Below, in pieces: positions 27,182 through 39,100 of a DNA stretch of 56,311 bases. The notes beneath the pieces were generated by a model, which searched no databases, was not told the origin of the DNA, and was given only the letters and a program-made list of their open reading frames with translations. Position numbers and translations under genes: made by a program. Source of the DNA: Oligoflexia bacterium (GTDB lineage: Bacteria > Bdellovibrionota > Bacteriovoracia > Bacteriovoracales > Bacteriovoracaceae); NCBI GenBank assembly GCA_015231325.1, contig JADGBS010000003.1:1-56311 (forward strand), in the 5' to 3' direction. Within the stretch, counting starts at the first letter, position 1; the number at the start of each line of letters is the position of its first letter.

Positions 27182-27490
27182 ATGAAATTTAGACTGGATA
27201 TAATCTTAGACGGAAAAATGCTTAATCGAATTTACCTACAGAAAACTGATACCATCATTGGAAGAGGAAGCAATGCAGATATAAAGGTGGTCACCGAAAA
27301 CATCGGACGGCAACATTTGAAAATCAGCATCATAAAGAAACAACTATACCTAACGGATCTCGGTAGTGTAAACGGTACCAAGGTTGGCGACACACCACTG
27401 ACACCCAACGAGAGAACTATCTATGACACCTATTTCCTGCCAATAAAACTCGGGGAAACTGTATCTATCACCGTCACTGAGGAACAATGA
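27182..27490 (+). CDS. FHA-domain protein
   Basis: 102 aa. IIGRGSNADIKV...GRQHLKI...YLTDLGSVNGTKVGD matches the FHA core (G-R...S..H...NG). Confidence 0.8.
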   Translation: MKFRLDIILDGKMLNRIYLQKTDTIIGRGSNADIKVVTENIGRQHLKISIIKKQLYLTDLGSVNGTKVGDTPLTPNERTIYDTYFLPIKLGETVSITVTEEQ

Positions 27491-27491
27491 A

Positions 27492-28118
27492 CTAGATCTT
27501 CCAATAGAACTCGGTCAACAGCTGTCCATCAAAAGTGAATGGGATATCTTTAGGGTCTGGGGCAGAAACCATACGCCCAAATTCATTACCACTCTCTGTA
27601 TCCTTCACCATGAAAGCAGGAGTAACCATTCGCGGACGCTCTTTGGCCTGCTTGTAGTTGGCACTCAACAATCCCTTGCTACCAAGAGAAATTTTATCGC
27701 CAACCTTAATCGGAACTGCCGGATGAGTAATCCTCGTTCCGTTGACAAGAATATGTCCATGAGTGACCAGCTGCCTAGCAGCAGCAATGCTCGGAGCAAA
27801 ATTCAATCTAAATACAACGTTGTCAATTCTACTCTCTAAACTCATCACTAACACATCCACCCAGGTACGTTCTCTAGAAAGCTTCGCGCGGCGCACGTAG
27901 TTACGTAGCTGCGCTTCCCTGAGTCCATAATGAAAAACGATCTTTTGCTTTTCAAGCAAACGAACACTATAGTCGGAGAGCTTCTTGCGCTTTGCGCCAT
28001 GCTGTCCTGGCGGATAAGGTCTTCTTTCAAGCGCACCGGCCTTACCCAATCCCGGAAGCTCAAGCCCTAAACGGCGCTGAATCTTAAATCTTGCTCTACC
28101 CATTACTGTTTTGGCCAT
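27492..28118 (-). CDS. rpsD: 30S ribosomal protein S4
   Basis: MAKTVMGRARFKIQRRLG...YSVRLLEKQKIVFHYG, plus an S4 RNA-binding domain (RIDNVVFRLNFAPSIAAARQLVTHGHILVNG). ATG 28118 has GGAG upstream. The gene is monocistronic and not in an alpha operon. Confidence 0.9.
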   Translation of the reverse strand: MAKTVMGRARFKIQRRLGLELPGLGKAGALERRPYPPGQHGAKRKKLSDYSVRLLEKQKIVFHYGLREAQLRNYVRRAKLSRERTWVDVLVMSLESRIDNVVFRLNFAPSIAAARQLVTHGHILVNGTRITHPAVPIKVGDKISLGSKGLLSANYKQAKERPRMVTPAFMVKDTESGNEFGRMVSAPDPKDIPFTFDGQLLTEFYWKI

Positions 28119-28264
28119 AATCAAAATACTCCATAAACCAGAATCTATAAAAACTGTAATTTACACTGATATATACTGATATCCACCTATACTAACCGAT
28201 CCCACGAAAAATACCTATAACAAATAATATTCACTATTACACCACAAAACTCACAAAATAAAAC

Positions 28265-29197
28265 TCACAAAGGTTTTGCTGCAGATCTTCTCTTCCTTAA
28301 CTCTGAAAAATATATTTGCGCCCAATCAGCATCCAGCCTGCTCAAAATTTCCTGCGCTAACTCTTTGCGCATTGGAGGTTGATCCATTGCCGGCCCATGA
28401 CCAGAAAAAAATTCTGCTTCTAACGCTGTGATAATCGCCATATTACCAATCAACACAGTCTTAAGTAGCGCTTGCATCGCCACTTTCGAGCGATGAAAAG
28501 TGGGATTACCCTTCATATGGTTGATCAAATTCTCAAAAACGTAGTAGTTCGCACTTCCACCATACTCACACAGCTCCTTAATCTCACTATGAAGTTTATT
28601 AAGGTGCGCCTTATAGGCAAAAATCAGCTGAGCTAGATTGGCATCGGCAATCTCACCAACGTTTGGATGGGAAGTGTCCACTGTCAGCGGTAATGCCAAC
28701 TCTGGATAAAGAAAATAGGACTCCTTGCTCCTTGTACTCAAATTTTTTTCCATCGAATAGCTTGATAGCGGTGCCTTTTCTGCTTTCGCCCTTTCCACTC
28801 CTGGATGAGTGGCCCTAAAATAGGAATAATAGTTCAGATACAAGGTATGGAATTGGGGACAAAATTCCAAAGGAGGTCTTTTAGTTTGGTAGTTATCCTC
28901 TAAAAAATACTTGAACTGTTCATATTGGTCTAGTATTCCCAAAAAATAAATTTTTTTATTGGTATAACTCTTCATCCCAGGGACGGCCGGGGCGACATGG
29001 CCGACAGGACCGACTGATGATGGTGCCCGCCCCACCGCTGCTTTAGGAAAATCTAACGACATTAGTGGAATATCTGGGAGTGACCCTGTAGTAACTTTTA
29101 CAGCGTCTGTTCTGGCCATACGTTCATCTATACTTTCCGGCGTTTGATAAGTAGTACAACTGACTAACATAAGCAATAAAGCGATAAGTACTAACAT
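28265..29197 (-). CDS. Lipoprotein, unknown function
   Basis: 310 aa with a lipobox (MLVLIALLLMLVSC). RBS GGGGAG. Confidence 0.6.
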   Translation of the reverse strand: MLVLIALLLMLVSCTTYQTPESIDERMARTDAVKVTTGSLPDIPLMSLDFPKAAVGRAPSSVGPVGHVAPAVPGMKSYTNKKIYFLGILDQYEQFKYFLEDNYQTKRPPLEFCPQFHTLYLNYYSYFRATHPGVERAKAEKAPLSSYSMEKNLSTRSKESYFLYPELALPLTVDTSHPNVGEIADANLAQLIFAYKAHLNKLHSEIKELCEYGGSANYYVFENLINHMKGNPTFHRSKVAMQALLKTVLIGNMAIITALEAEFFSGHGPAMDQPPMRKELAQEILSRLDADWAQIYFSELRKRRSAAKPL

Positions 29198-29514
29198 GAT
29201 TGCTCCCCTTTCAGATTATTTCTCATTTCCATGGCATTTCCATCGGAAAATGGCCGCCTATACTTAAGCGTTTGATACTAGTTAAATCCATCTTGAGTAA
29301 AATTGCGCAAATTTGGGCAAATCTATGGGTGTACAACAAATTATCTTGGGTTTACATTTGCTTATGTCCGTTCTTTATTTTATGTATTCTCTATATTTTT
29401 TCCTGTTCTTCATCTCTTTATTGAATACTGACTATTCGAATCAAGTATTCGATAGAAACGGTAAAAACAGTAAAAACAAATGTTTATTAAAACTCTAGTG
29501 AGAGACCTAATTTA

Positions 29515-32500
29515 ATGAAAATTCAAAGAAAATTTACTCGCAAAGGAAAGTCACCTTTTGATGGAATTAATTTTGTAAAAAGAACTAGTGAAATAAAGAA
29601 CATTGACGGCGCCTCGCGCTCCATGATGGAAGTGATCGTCCCTGAAAAATGGTCTCAGGTCGCAACAGATATTTTGGCGCAAAAATACATGCGCAAAATG
29701 GGAATTCCTACGTCAAATTCTACGACAGGAGGAGAAAACGATGCGCGTATGGTCTTTCGACGTTTAGCAGAATGTTGGCGCAGCTGGGGTGAAAAATACT
29801 CCTATTTCAGCAACACTGAAGACGCTGATGCATTCCAAGATGAAATCCTCTACATGCTGGCGCATCAGATTGCCGCACCCAATTCTCCTCAGTGGTTCAA
29901 CACCGGAATTTTTCACAGCTATGGCATAGCGGGTCCTCCACAAGGCCACTATTACGTGAACCCAGATAACAGTGAGCTAACCAAAGCAAGCTCTGCTTAC
30001 GAGCGACCGCAACCGCATGCTTGCTTCATCCAATCGGTAAAAGACGATTTGGTGAATGAACAAGGGATAATGGATCTCTGGAGTAGAGAAGCACGACTTT
30101 TTAAATATGGATCTGGTACTGGAAGCAACTTTTCTAGCATTCGTGGTTCAGGCGAACCACTCTCCGGAGGAGGAATATCATCTGGATTGATGTCTTTTTT
30201 GAAAATTGGTGACCGCGCAGCGGGGGCGATAAAGTCTGGTGGCACTACCCGACGAGCAGCAAAAATGGTTTGTCTCGATCTTGATCACCCCGACATTCTA
30301 GAGTTCATTGAGTGGAAGGCGAAGGAAGAACGCAAAGTTGCGGCCCTTGCTACGGGTTCCAAAATTTGTAAAAAACATCTAAAGGCAATCATCCGCGCCG
30401 CCTCTTTAGGAGGCGCCGCGTCTTGCTGTGGGGGAGCAACTTCTGACAACGATCGTTTTCTTCCGCAAAAAAACCCGGCGCTAAAAGCGGCGATCCTTCA
30501 GGCCAAGCGCGATGAAATTCCACTAAGCTATATCACGCGTACTATCGAGTTAGCGAAACAAGGGTATGGCGAAAACGATCTAGAAATAGAGGAATATGAT
30601 ACCGACTTTAATTCTGAGGCGTATAACACTGTTTCTGGACAAAATTCTAACAACTCTGTGCGCATCCCCAATAAGTTTTTTCGTATACTAGCGGAGGATG
30701 GTGAATGGGATTTGCGCAATCGGACGGACGATCGCACTGTCAAAACAATTAAGGCCCGAGATTTATGGAACAAAATCAATGAGGCCGCTTGGCAATCTGC
30801 GGATCCTGGAGTGCAATTTGATACGACTATTAACGAATGGCATACTTGTCCTGCGGATGGGCCAATCCGTGCATCGAATCCTTGTTCTGAGTATATGTTT
30901 TTGGATGATACTGCCTGCAATCTGGCATCACTTAATTTGATGAAATTTTGGGACGACGCGCAAGGTAAATTCTCGATCGAAAAATTTATCCATGCCTGTG
31001 AGCTTTGGACCATCGTGTTAGAAATTTCGGTCCTAATGGCACAATTTCCCTCAAAAGAAATTGCAATCCGTTCTTTCCAATATCGAACGCTGGGATTAGG
31101 TCATGCCAATCTTGGTGCACTATTAATGGTGATGGGAATTGCCTATGATTCGGAGGAGGGAAGAAACACTGCAGCAGCAATTACTGCCATCCTCGGTGGA
31201 ACTGCTTACAAAACATCTGCACTGCTTGCCGCCAAGCTCGGTGCCTTCGAACGTTTTCAGGCCAATAGAGAGCATATGTTGCGAGTAATTAGAAACCATC
31301 GTCTGGCTGCCTACAGCGAACGCGAAGGTCATCAAGGGCTAAGTATTTACCCTGTCCCTTTGAATACCAAATACGTACAAGACCACGATCTGGTCACTGC
31401 TGCACGCGAGCAGTGGGACCTTGCACTCACCCTAGGTGAAAAGCACGGATACCGTAACGCCCAAGTGACCGTGATTGCACCTACCGGCACTATCGGACTA
31501 TTGATGGATTGCGACACTACCGGTATTGAACCGGATTTCGCTTTGGTAAAATTCAAAAAATTGTCTGGCGGTGGATATTTTAAAATCATCAATCAATCTG
31601 TGCCCAAAGCACTGCTGCGTCTTGGTTACACCAAAGAACAAATCAAAGACATTATCGATTATGCGCTCGGACATGGTACATTCCAGGGAGCAGAACGCCA
31701 TTCTGCTATTAATATTGAAAGTTTAAAACAAAAAGGGATCACTGAAAAAAAATTGGAGGCAATCGATAAAGGCATTGCCAACGCCTTTGATATTTCCTTT
31801 CTCTTTTCTCGTTTCACATTAGGTGACAAATTTTTGCAAGAAAAATTAAACCTATCGGAAGAGCAACTTAACGATCCCAAACTAAACATCCTCCGACATC
31901 TGGGGTTTACGAACGAAGAAATCAACAAACTAAACGATTACCTCTTTGGAACTATGACCATAGAAGGTGCGCCTCATTTAAAGAAAGAACATCTTCCAAT
32001 TTTCGATTGCGCAAGCAAGTGTGGTCGCTATGGCACCCGTTATATTTTGCCAGAGGCGCATATCCGCATGATGGCACAAGTACAACCGTATATATCTGGG
32101 GCCATATCTAAAACCATTAATATGCCCAATGACTGCACCATCAAGGACATCGCCGATGCCTATTATCTATCATGGAAATTGATGACTAAGGCCAATGCCA
32201 TTTATCGCGACGGTTCAAAACTGTCGCAGCCACTAAACACTAGCGCCTTGCTGGAGGAAATAGAGGAGACAGAGGAGGAAGCCGGGACGGCCGAAGCAGA
32301 GGAAAGCCGCATTAAAGATGGAGATGAACAAAATATAAATGAAATCGGCAATCCATCTAATAGCTGCGAATGCAAAATTGCCACGGACGGAATCACTGAC
32401 AAGATCACCTATAAAGAAATTTTTAAAGAATTTTCTAAACGCCGGGCATTACCCAATCGTCGTCATGGATATACCCAAAAAGCGTCAGTAGGTGGGCACA

Positions 32501-33132
32501 AGATTTATTTGCGTACAGGTGAATATGATGATGGAACACCGGGTGAGATTTTCTTGGACATGCACAAAGAAGGAGCAGCATTCCGCTCGCTGATGAACTG
32601 TTTTTCTATTGCTATTTCTTTAGGGCTACAATATGGGGTGCCGCTAGAAGAGTTCGTTGACGCCTTCGTATTTACAAAATTCGAACCGAATGGAATCGTG
32701 ATCGGTCACGAAAATATCAAAATGGCAACATCCGTAATTGATTATATCTTTCGCGATCTTGCCTGCAGATATCTAAATCGTTACGATCTAGTACACGTTT
32801 CGCCCTCTGAATTGCACTCCAGTTCTGTCTCCGGCGAAAATGTCGATGAAGAAACTCCATTGTTAAATTTAATGCAACAGGTGCCGGCAGCAGTAGTATC
32901 GGCCTCGGCCGAGACCTCGACTATAAGCGCATCCATTACCACAAGCACTGTCCAAATTCCCTACACTAAAGAGGCGGACGCCGCCATGATGTCCACCCAA
33001 AAAAAACGCCAATTGGCGCGCATCCGCGGATATGAGGGCGATGCCTGTCCTGAGTGCAACTCCTTAACCATGTTACGTAATGGACCATGTCTGAAATGTG
33101 ATACCTGTGGCACCACCACTGGCTGTTCTTAG
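29515..33132 (+). CDS. nrdJ: Class II (adenosylcobalamin-dependent) ribonucleotide reductase
   Basis: 1205 aa with the active-site [21 protein letters not shown]. The N-terminus is of the [16 protein letters not shown] type, and the C-terminal Cys tail reads [28 protein letters not shown]. Confidence 0.9.
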   Translation: MKIQRKFTRKGKSPFDGINFVKRTSEIKNIDGASRSMMEVIVPEKWSQVATDILAQKYMRKMGIPTSNSTTGGENDARMVFRRLAECWRSWGEKYSYFSNTEDADAFQDEILYMLAHQIAAPNSPQWFNTGIFHSYGIAGPPQGHYYVNPDNSELTKASSAYERPQPHACFIQSVKDDLVNEQGIMDLWSREARLFKYGSGTGSNFSSIRGSGEPLSGGGISSGLMSFLKIGDRAAGAIKSGGTTRRAAKMVCLDLDHPDILEFIEWKAKEERKVAALATGSKICKKHLKAIIRAASLGGAASCCGGATSDNDRFLPQKNPALKAAILQAKRDEIPLSYITRTIELAKQGYGENDLEIEEYDTDFNSEAYNTVSGQNSNNSVRIPNKFFRILAEDGEWDLRNRTDDRTVKTIKARDLWNKINEAAWQSADPGVQFDTTINEWHTCPADGPIRASNPCSEYMFLDDTACNLASLNLMKFWDDAQGKFSIEKFIHACELWTIVLEISVLMAQFPSKEIAIRSFQYRTLGLGHANLGALLMVMGIAYDSEEGRNTAAAITAILGGTAYKTSALLAAKLGAFERFQANREHMLRVIRNHRLAAYSEREGHQGLSIYPVPLNTKYVQDHDLVTAAREQWDLALTLGEKHGYRNAQVTVIAPTGTIGLLMDCDTTGIEPDFALVKFKKLSGGGYFKIINQSVPKALLRLGYTKEQIKDIIDYALGHGTFQGAERHSAINIESLKQKGITEKKLEAIDKGIANAFDISFLFSRFTLGDKFLQEKLNLSEEQLNDPKLNILRHLGFTNEEINKLNDYLFGTMTIEGAPHLKKEHLPIFDCASKCGRYGTRYILPEAHIRMMAQVQPYISGAISKTINMPNDCTIKDIADAYYLSWKLMTKANAIYRDGSKLSQPLNTSALLEEIEETEEEAGTAEAEESRIKDGDEQNINEIGNPSNSCECKIATDGITDKITYKEIFKEFSKRRALPNRRHGYTQKASVGGHKIYLRTGEYDDGTPGEIFLDMHKEGAAFRSLMNCFSIAISLGLQYGVPLEEFVDAFVFTKFEPNGIVIGHENIKMATSVIDYIFRDLACRYLNRYDLVHVSPSELHSSSVSGENVDEETPLLNLMQQVPAAVVSASAETSTISASITTSTVQIPYTKEADAAMMSTQKKRQLARIRGYEGDACPECNSLTMLRNGPCLKCDTCGTTTGCS

Positions 33133-33136
33133 AAGA

Positions 33137-36100
33137 TCAATTAGTGTTCTTGCCACAGTAATAGTGGTGGTTCCATCTCCGACCTGTAACATTGAACCAC
33201 TCCGCCCCCTTGTACCCGTCTGTAACATTTTGAGTAACCGTATAATCTCTGTCAGCAGGCGCTTCTACCCGATAGAGTATCCCGTAAGGAACCTGTACAG
33301 GCAACGAACTATTCCCATCATACTGTATTCCCGAACCGGGTCTTGGGCCGTAATTTCCAAAAGCTGCCCCTGTAACCACCGCTAGGTCTGAGCAAAATTT
33401 TTCTCCCAACGCCACCAATTTTTCTAAAGTTGATGCTTGCGTACTGCTGAGGGGATAACCGGTCACTGGATCAAAATCCGAATCTAACAACCTTATAGTT
33501 TTATCCAATTCAGGATAAGAACCCTCTCCAGAAACGAAACGATTGAAATAAACGTTCAAATCGGTGCTACGTGGTAATGTACAAACGTACCGTTCTGTAT
33601 TGCCTGCACCTCCGGCGCCAGCGCCTGCAGCGGGGACCAATTTAGCAAAACCACTACAACACTTAGTATAATCAGTAACCACCGAGCCCAATCGTTGGCA
33701 GCAGAAAAATTGATCAGGAGAAAAAATATCTGCATGTTCTTCGCTGATTAAATCTTTGAAAACTACCTTGGGCGTGGGGGCGGTCTCATCCTGATTCGCT
33801 GCGCCCGGTCGAGGAATAGTAATCGGATAATAGTCAGTACGATCATAGTTAATGGCCTTGCTTTCAAATGCTGCACGATTTGTGAAAGGGGTGGCACCGC
33901 CGCTGGGCCCAGTAATAACATCTTTAAAAATACCAGGTACTAGCATATTTGCATTGTAAGAGCAATAAATCGGTTCATAAGGCATTCCTGGGATACCTTT
34001 CAAATCCAGTCGTGCCAATTTTTCTAAGTAATAAACGTCATTTCCAGGAATTATAATTTTAGGTGTAGCTGTCGCTAAAGCTATACCTGGCGTTCCCCAA
34101 CTAAAAGTTGTATGCGCAAAACTTTTAAATTTGACAATAACACCCGCGGTGTTGCTGTAATTTCCTTGTCTCACTAGATCAAAATTAAAGTTGGCCAACA
34201 CACATTGAGTCGCATCGTCCACACCATCAACAGGTGCTTGGTCTTGCACGTTCACGCCAGCAATAAATGAGTGACAAAATGGTCGTCTAATATACAACCA
34301 ACCATAGCGATTACCGCTTACTGGGCGATAACACCACCCGCTCTTTATATTATTATTCATATCAGCAAAAGTATCACCACCCTCGAAAAGTCTTGGAACA
34401 TTCGTGTTACCCTGCATGCGACACTCACCATTGGCATTTGATTCTGCTGCTCTGGCCAACAGCATAGGAGCAGGCGCTTTGTCTGCGCTCCCCCCCTCTC
34501 CCCAGCCTTCAAAATCATCTCCACCAATACTTCTACGACTGAGCCATACCTCCTCAATATTTTGTCCCCCGTACATGTACGATGGTATTTGTAGAACCAA
34601 ATATGGACACCCAGGACCCATTGCCCCATAACGATAAGCGGTATCACCATCAGGATCATAACAATACTTAGCATTATCTTTCAAATTTGCGTCTGCGGCA
34701 TTTAAGAAACCAGTAATCTCAGCATCATCTACTCCAAAGATTAGGTAAGGCGCCAAGTCATGCAAATACCCCATGCGCTTAGCAGAATGGATATACAGAG
34801 ATGGATCACCCATCACCGCCTTGGTGTCGCTTCGCAACGAATCCCTACTCCAAACACGATTACTCCAGTCTGTCGATGCCCACTCATTTGACAATGGTTG
34901 CGGAAAAACAATGGGGACATCTTTAGTACTTTTGGCAATTCCGCCCCTGTCACTAGAATAAGAAACAGAATCCTTCATCCCAGACTTTCCTTGCATATAA
35001 TGGATACACCCCCAGTTCACACGATCTTCACAATAATGCGCTTTCTCTTGACTCCAAGTCTGATCACTAATGGATTCGCTTTTATATTGATCGTCAAAAA
35101 TAGGATTCCTAAAATTGATACAAGCAAAATTATTAATATCAAAGGAGAGCTTGCCAGATGCACCTAACCAGTTATGAGTACCATCTGCAAAAGCTCGCAC
35201 CCAACCACTACAACAAGTTTTTGCAGCAGTGTCATGAACTGTTTTCCACTGATAGGGGGCAGGAACTTTACTTCCCGGCGTTCCATAAACTTTTTCAGCA
35301 GGGGTAAAAACTACCTTCAACTGCACAGGCAGCGGAGTAGTCATTACACTCCCAGTATCAGTAGTCAATTTTTCGAGAATGGTGTAGCGAGAATATCTAC
35401 CTTCAGCATATGGATAATCAACAGCAAAACCACTGGGCGCAGTATCTAATTTTGCGTTTGCAAGAATTTCGTCTTCTTCCATTTCAGCATCAGAGAAACC
35501 CTGAGTATACATGGTCAATGTCTGACCGCTAGCACGACAACAACGGTTTCGGTTAAACTGAAAATTCTTGTATAACTTAGCATCCTCAGCATTAGTACTG
35601 GTATAAGATGTTTTTTCATCATACTGCCCACAGATTAAAGACTCCTTCCAGTAATTACGCTCTGCCTCGGTATCTCCAAAATAACTCCGGTTATACCTCC
35701 CTGCAATCTCCTCATGAAACTTACTTGGAGAACAATCTAGATCACTATGACATATCGCCCCCGCCCGCCGCAAACAGGCATCCTTAACCAACACCCCTCC
35801 ATTTCGGTCTAAATACTTTAGTGTGGTTGATGGACCCATTTCGATTTCAGCAAAGACATTATCGAATCCCATACCATGTAGCGACTCTGCACCACAAGAA
35901 TTTTGCGCCTTCATCTTCGCTTCCAGACTACTGGGATAAACTATGCTGTTAATGTAGTAGTAGTTACCATAATTATTCACATCATCAGGATCATCATACA
36001 AAAGAGGACAAGAGTGAATACGACCAATCCCCACACTTGCGCTTGCTTTGTAATCAGCATTACACGATCCGATCTGTGAAATATAATCGGCACGCCCTGC

Positions 36101-39100
36101 AGGATCTTTGCTTTTGTGTGAATTAACGGGCCGCCCACTTCCAGATAACGTTAAATTTTTTCCTGGACGACAAAGGCCGACTCTTAGCTTATCTCCATCA
36201 TACAAACTACTCTTTTGCTTCTTGGCATTAAGTTGGATTGCCGTCTGCACCGTGCCCTCATCTAGCTTATCTTTCGCGAGCAAGGTATAATTTTTTGGAC
36301 GCCCCAACATATTTGCCTCTTGTCCAAAAAGTATCGCAAAGACATTACTCGGTTCACGATTTAATTCGCTGTTAAACTCCTGCGACTCCAGCCCAGCACA
36401 ATAAAAGTTGGGGGCACAGGTAAATAGCCGACGCAAATCGAGATTATCAATTTTCGAATAATCAACGACACAAGGTGCCCCCATCCCTCTATATACACAA
36501 CGCTTAGAATTTTTCCAAGGATACAAGTTTTGCGGATCAAAAACCACGCTCCCAAAAAAATTATCGGCAGTAAAAGCAGTACTATTCAGATCTTCTTCTT
36601 TATCTCGTAACTCATCTCCATTCTCACTAAAACGCGGCCACCGTGTACGTAACAGACTCACCTTCCCACACATATACTCCCAACCAAGAGATGTTATACA
36701 GTCAACATCATTGTTGCAAAAATGATTCTCTTGACAAGATCCCGCATTATTTTGATTGGGATCTTTGCTGTCAGTAATGTCGTGATTCCAATCATAAGTA
36801 GGCACCGTGCTAACGCCACCATCATCACTGATAACCTGCACCACCAAATCGGTCGGATCGGCCAAATCAGCGAAGGGAGCATTGATCGCCAGAAACAGCT
36901 TATCAGAGGTCGCAACCACCCTACGGTTATTGCCGATAGCAAACCAGCTCACTCCATCGAAAGAACCAATTAGCGCACCTAAATTGAAGCCGTACCAATC
37001 ACGCTTGTATCCATTGACATAAAAAGCGGCCTGGGTTTTCAACCGCCTTGCCCTCTGTTCGACAACCGTATCGGCCCCTCGATGAGAAAAAGGAATCATG
37101 GTGGGAGGAATCCAGCAGGCACGTCCCCAAATAGTATCCTCGTAGTTACCCTTACCATGGTTATCATCCATACTACTCCTGGAAGTGGTATGACCAATTG
37201 ATTGCAAACCAACACCTATCGACGATGGCGGAAATGCACTAAAACTCGAAAACCATGGATCAGGGGCACACATCGGACACGGGGAATATGTTCCGGAAAC
37301 GACAGAAATAATGTAACTTTCTCTGGACTTGATATTCAATACAACCGCTGGTAACGCCCGACTACCATCTGCGTTCATCTGTCCGAGAATGGCGTTCATA
37401 TTAAACTTAACGTTTTTAGGTTTGGTTTTACGCAACTCATCTTCATAACTAAATGGCGTACCTTCTACGCTAATAGGGGTAGTCTCTGGAGTATTTCTGT
37501 ACATAGAAAAATTCAAAATTTCTTTACCATCGCTAGAAGAAAAAAAGCGATGCGGAGCACTACGGGCATTGATTTTTTTATTCAATTCTTGAAAAGGAGT
37601 TGGTTCCGCTTGGGATTGCGCATGGCAGCGAACGTCGGCGATTTTATCTGCATTAACCACCGACCAGTAATAACCAGCGAGTGTACTACTACTCTCGGTA
37701 TTTCCGGTGTTACTAATATTTAATTTTAGCACCGATAAGGAAGGAGAGGTCACTCTCCCACTTTCAGAAATAGTTTGAGTGGAGGAAACATTGGAAGAGA
37801 TATATAGCGCCGTGCCTCCCTGGTTAAGGGAAGAACAATTACCGACGCAAACATTACTTATCGTATATGCAGCATCACTACCAGAAACTGAATTACCCTC
37901 TATATCACTCACATCTCCAGTGCAATAGAGTTGATTTTTTTGGGCATTGGTTAAGTCAAAGCGAAAAAAATTTTCGTTCTCTTTAGTAGCAAAATTTTTC
38001 TGCGAAACCACTTCCGCAAAAAGTCGCAGTTGCTTTTTTAATACACCCGCACCTGAGCTTACAGATTTATCAAAATTTATTACCAAACAGTAGTTGTTCT
38101 GCAGATTACTTCCTTGGCGCAGATAACTATTAACTGAACTACCTCTCACCGAAACATCCACATCGGTAATTTTATTAGTATTCACGCTCAAAATTCTGCC
38201 GTAGGTGAGTGAAGGAGTAATTGGATTTGCAGAATCATAAGAAAAGGATATTAAATTCTGACTTGAGTCATATGCGTCTAGTCCATATGTGGTACAAGTG
38301 TTTTGTGGGTCCTCTGGAGCGGGGGTGCCTACCGTAGCGCACTCACACAGACTCCAAATTATATTTTTAACTACATTATAACTGCTTGCATCGAAACTAC
38401 TTTGGCAATATTTATAAATGGCCGGATCTAACTGCGCAAAAACAGAACAGAAATAATATTCCTTGAGATATTGTATTCGCAATTTTGCTGCAGAAACTTC
38501 CGTGCCGGGAGTGGTAGACGCAGTAGGAGTGACCACAACCCGCTCGGTGCAGACATAATAAATTTCTGGCCAACTCACAAATTTCATGGGATTAAGGGCG
38601 GCCTCTGTCAATGCCTGCCGATAATTAGGATTACTGGCAGCGTTTGGTCTTAAAGCACCATCTTTTACGCACTGCCCATCCAAGCAACAGTCTAGCCCCT
38701 GCCGACGACAATCGCTCTTATCGCAGACCTTATTGCTGTCTGCAGCATCAGAATTGACTAACAATTGCAAAGTAAGTGAAGAAAGATCTAGTTTGGAAGT
38801 TGGAACCTCACTGGAATTGCTCATCGTACTACTAGAATAATAGAGCTTCACTCCTTTACCGATAGAACTGATATTTTGAGTACATTTGCTACACACTTCT
38901 CCAGGCCAATAAACAGTATCCGGAGAATCTGCGGCAAAACCATCAATAACGCCACCACAGGCCTTTCTACTACTTGTCTCCTCCCCAAAATCCAGCCTTA
39001 AATATTTTTCCTTAGTTGCTTGCTCGTAGTTGGCCTGCTGCATTGGTGCAGAGTGTACCCGCAGCTGCTTCTTGTCTATTCCCCCCACCAAAAAAGTAAA

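Noticed and set aside
29198-29514. Cobalamin riboswitch or NrdR boxes upstream of nrdJ
   Set aside because: There is no B12-box-like sequence. The candidate NrdR half-site (CTCTATAT) has no palindromic partner and there is no second box. Only a 7-bp inverted repeat remains (GAATACT at 29423-29 and AGTATTC at 29444-50), which is too weak to call.
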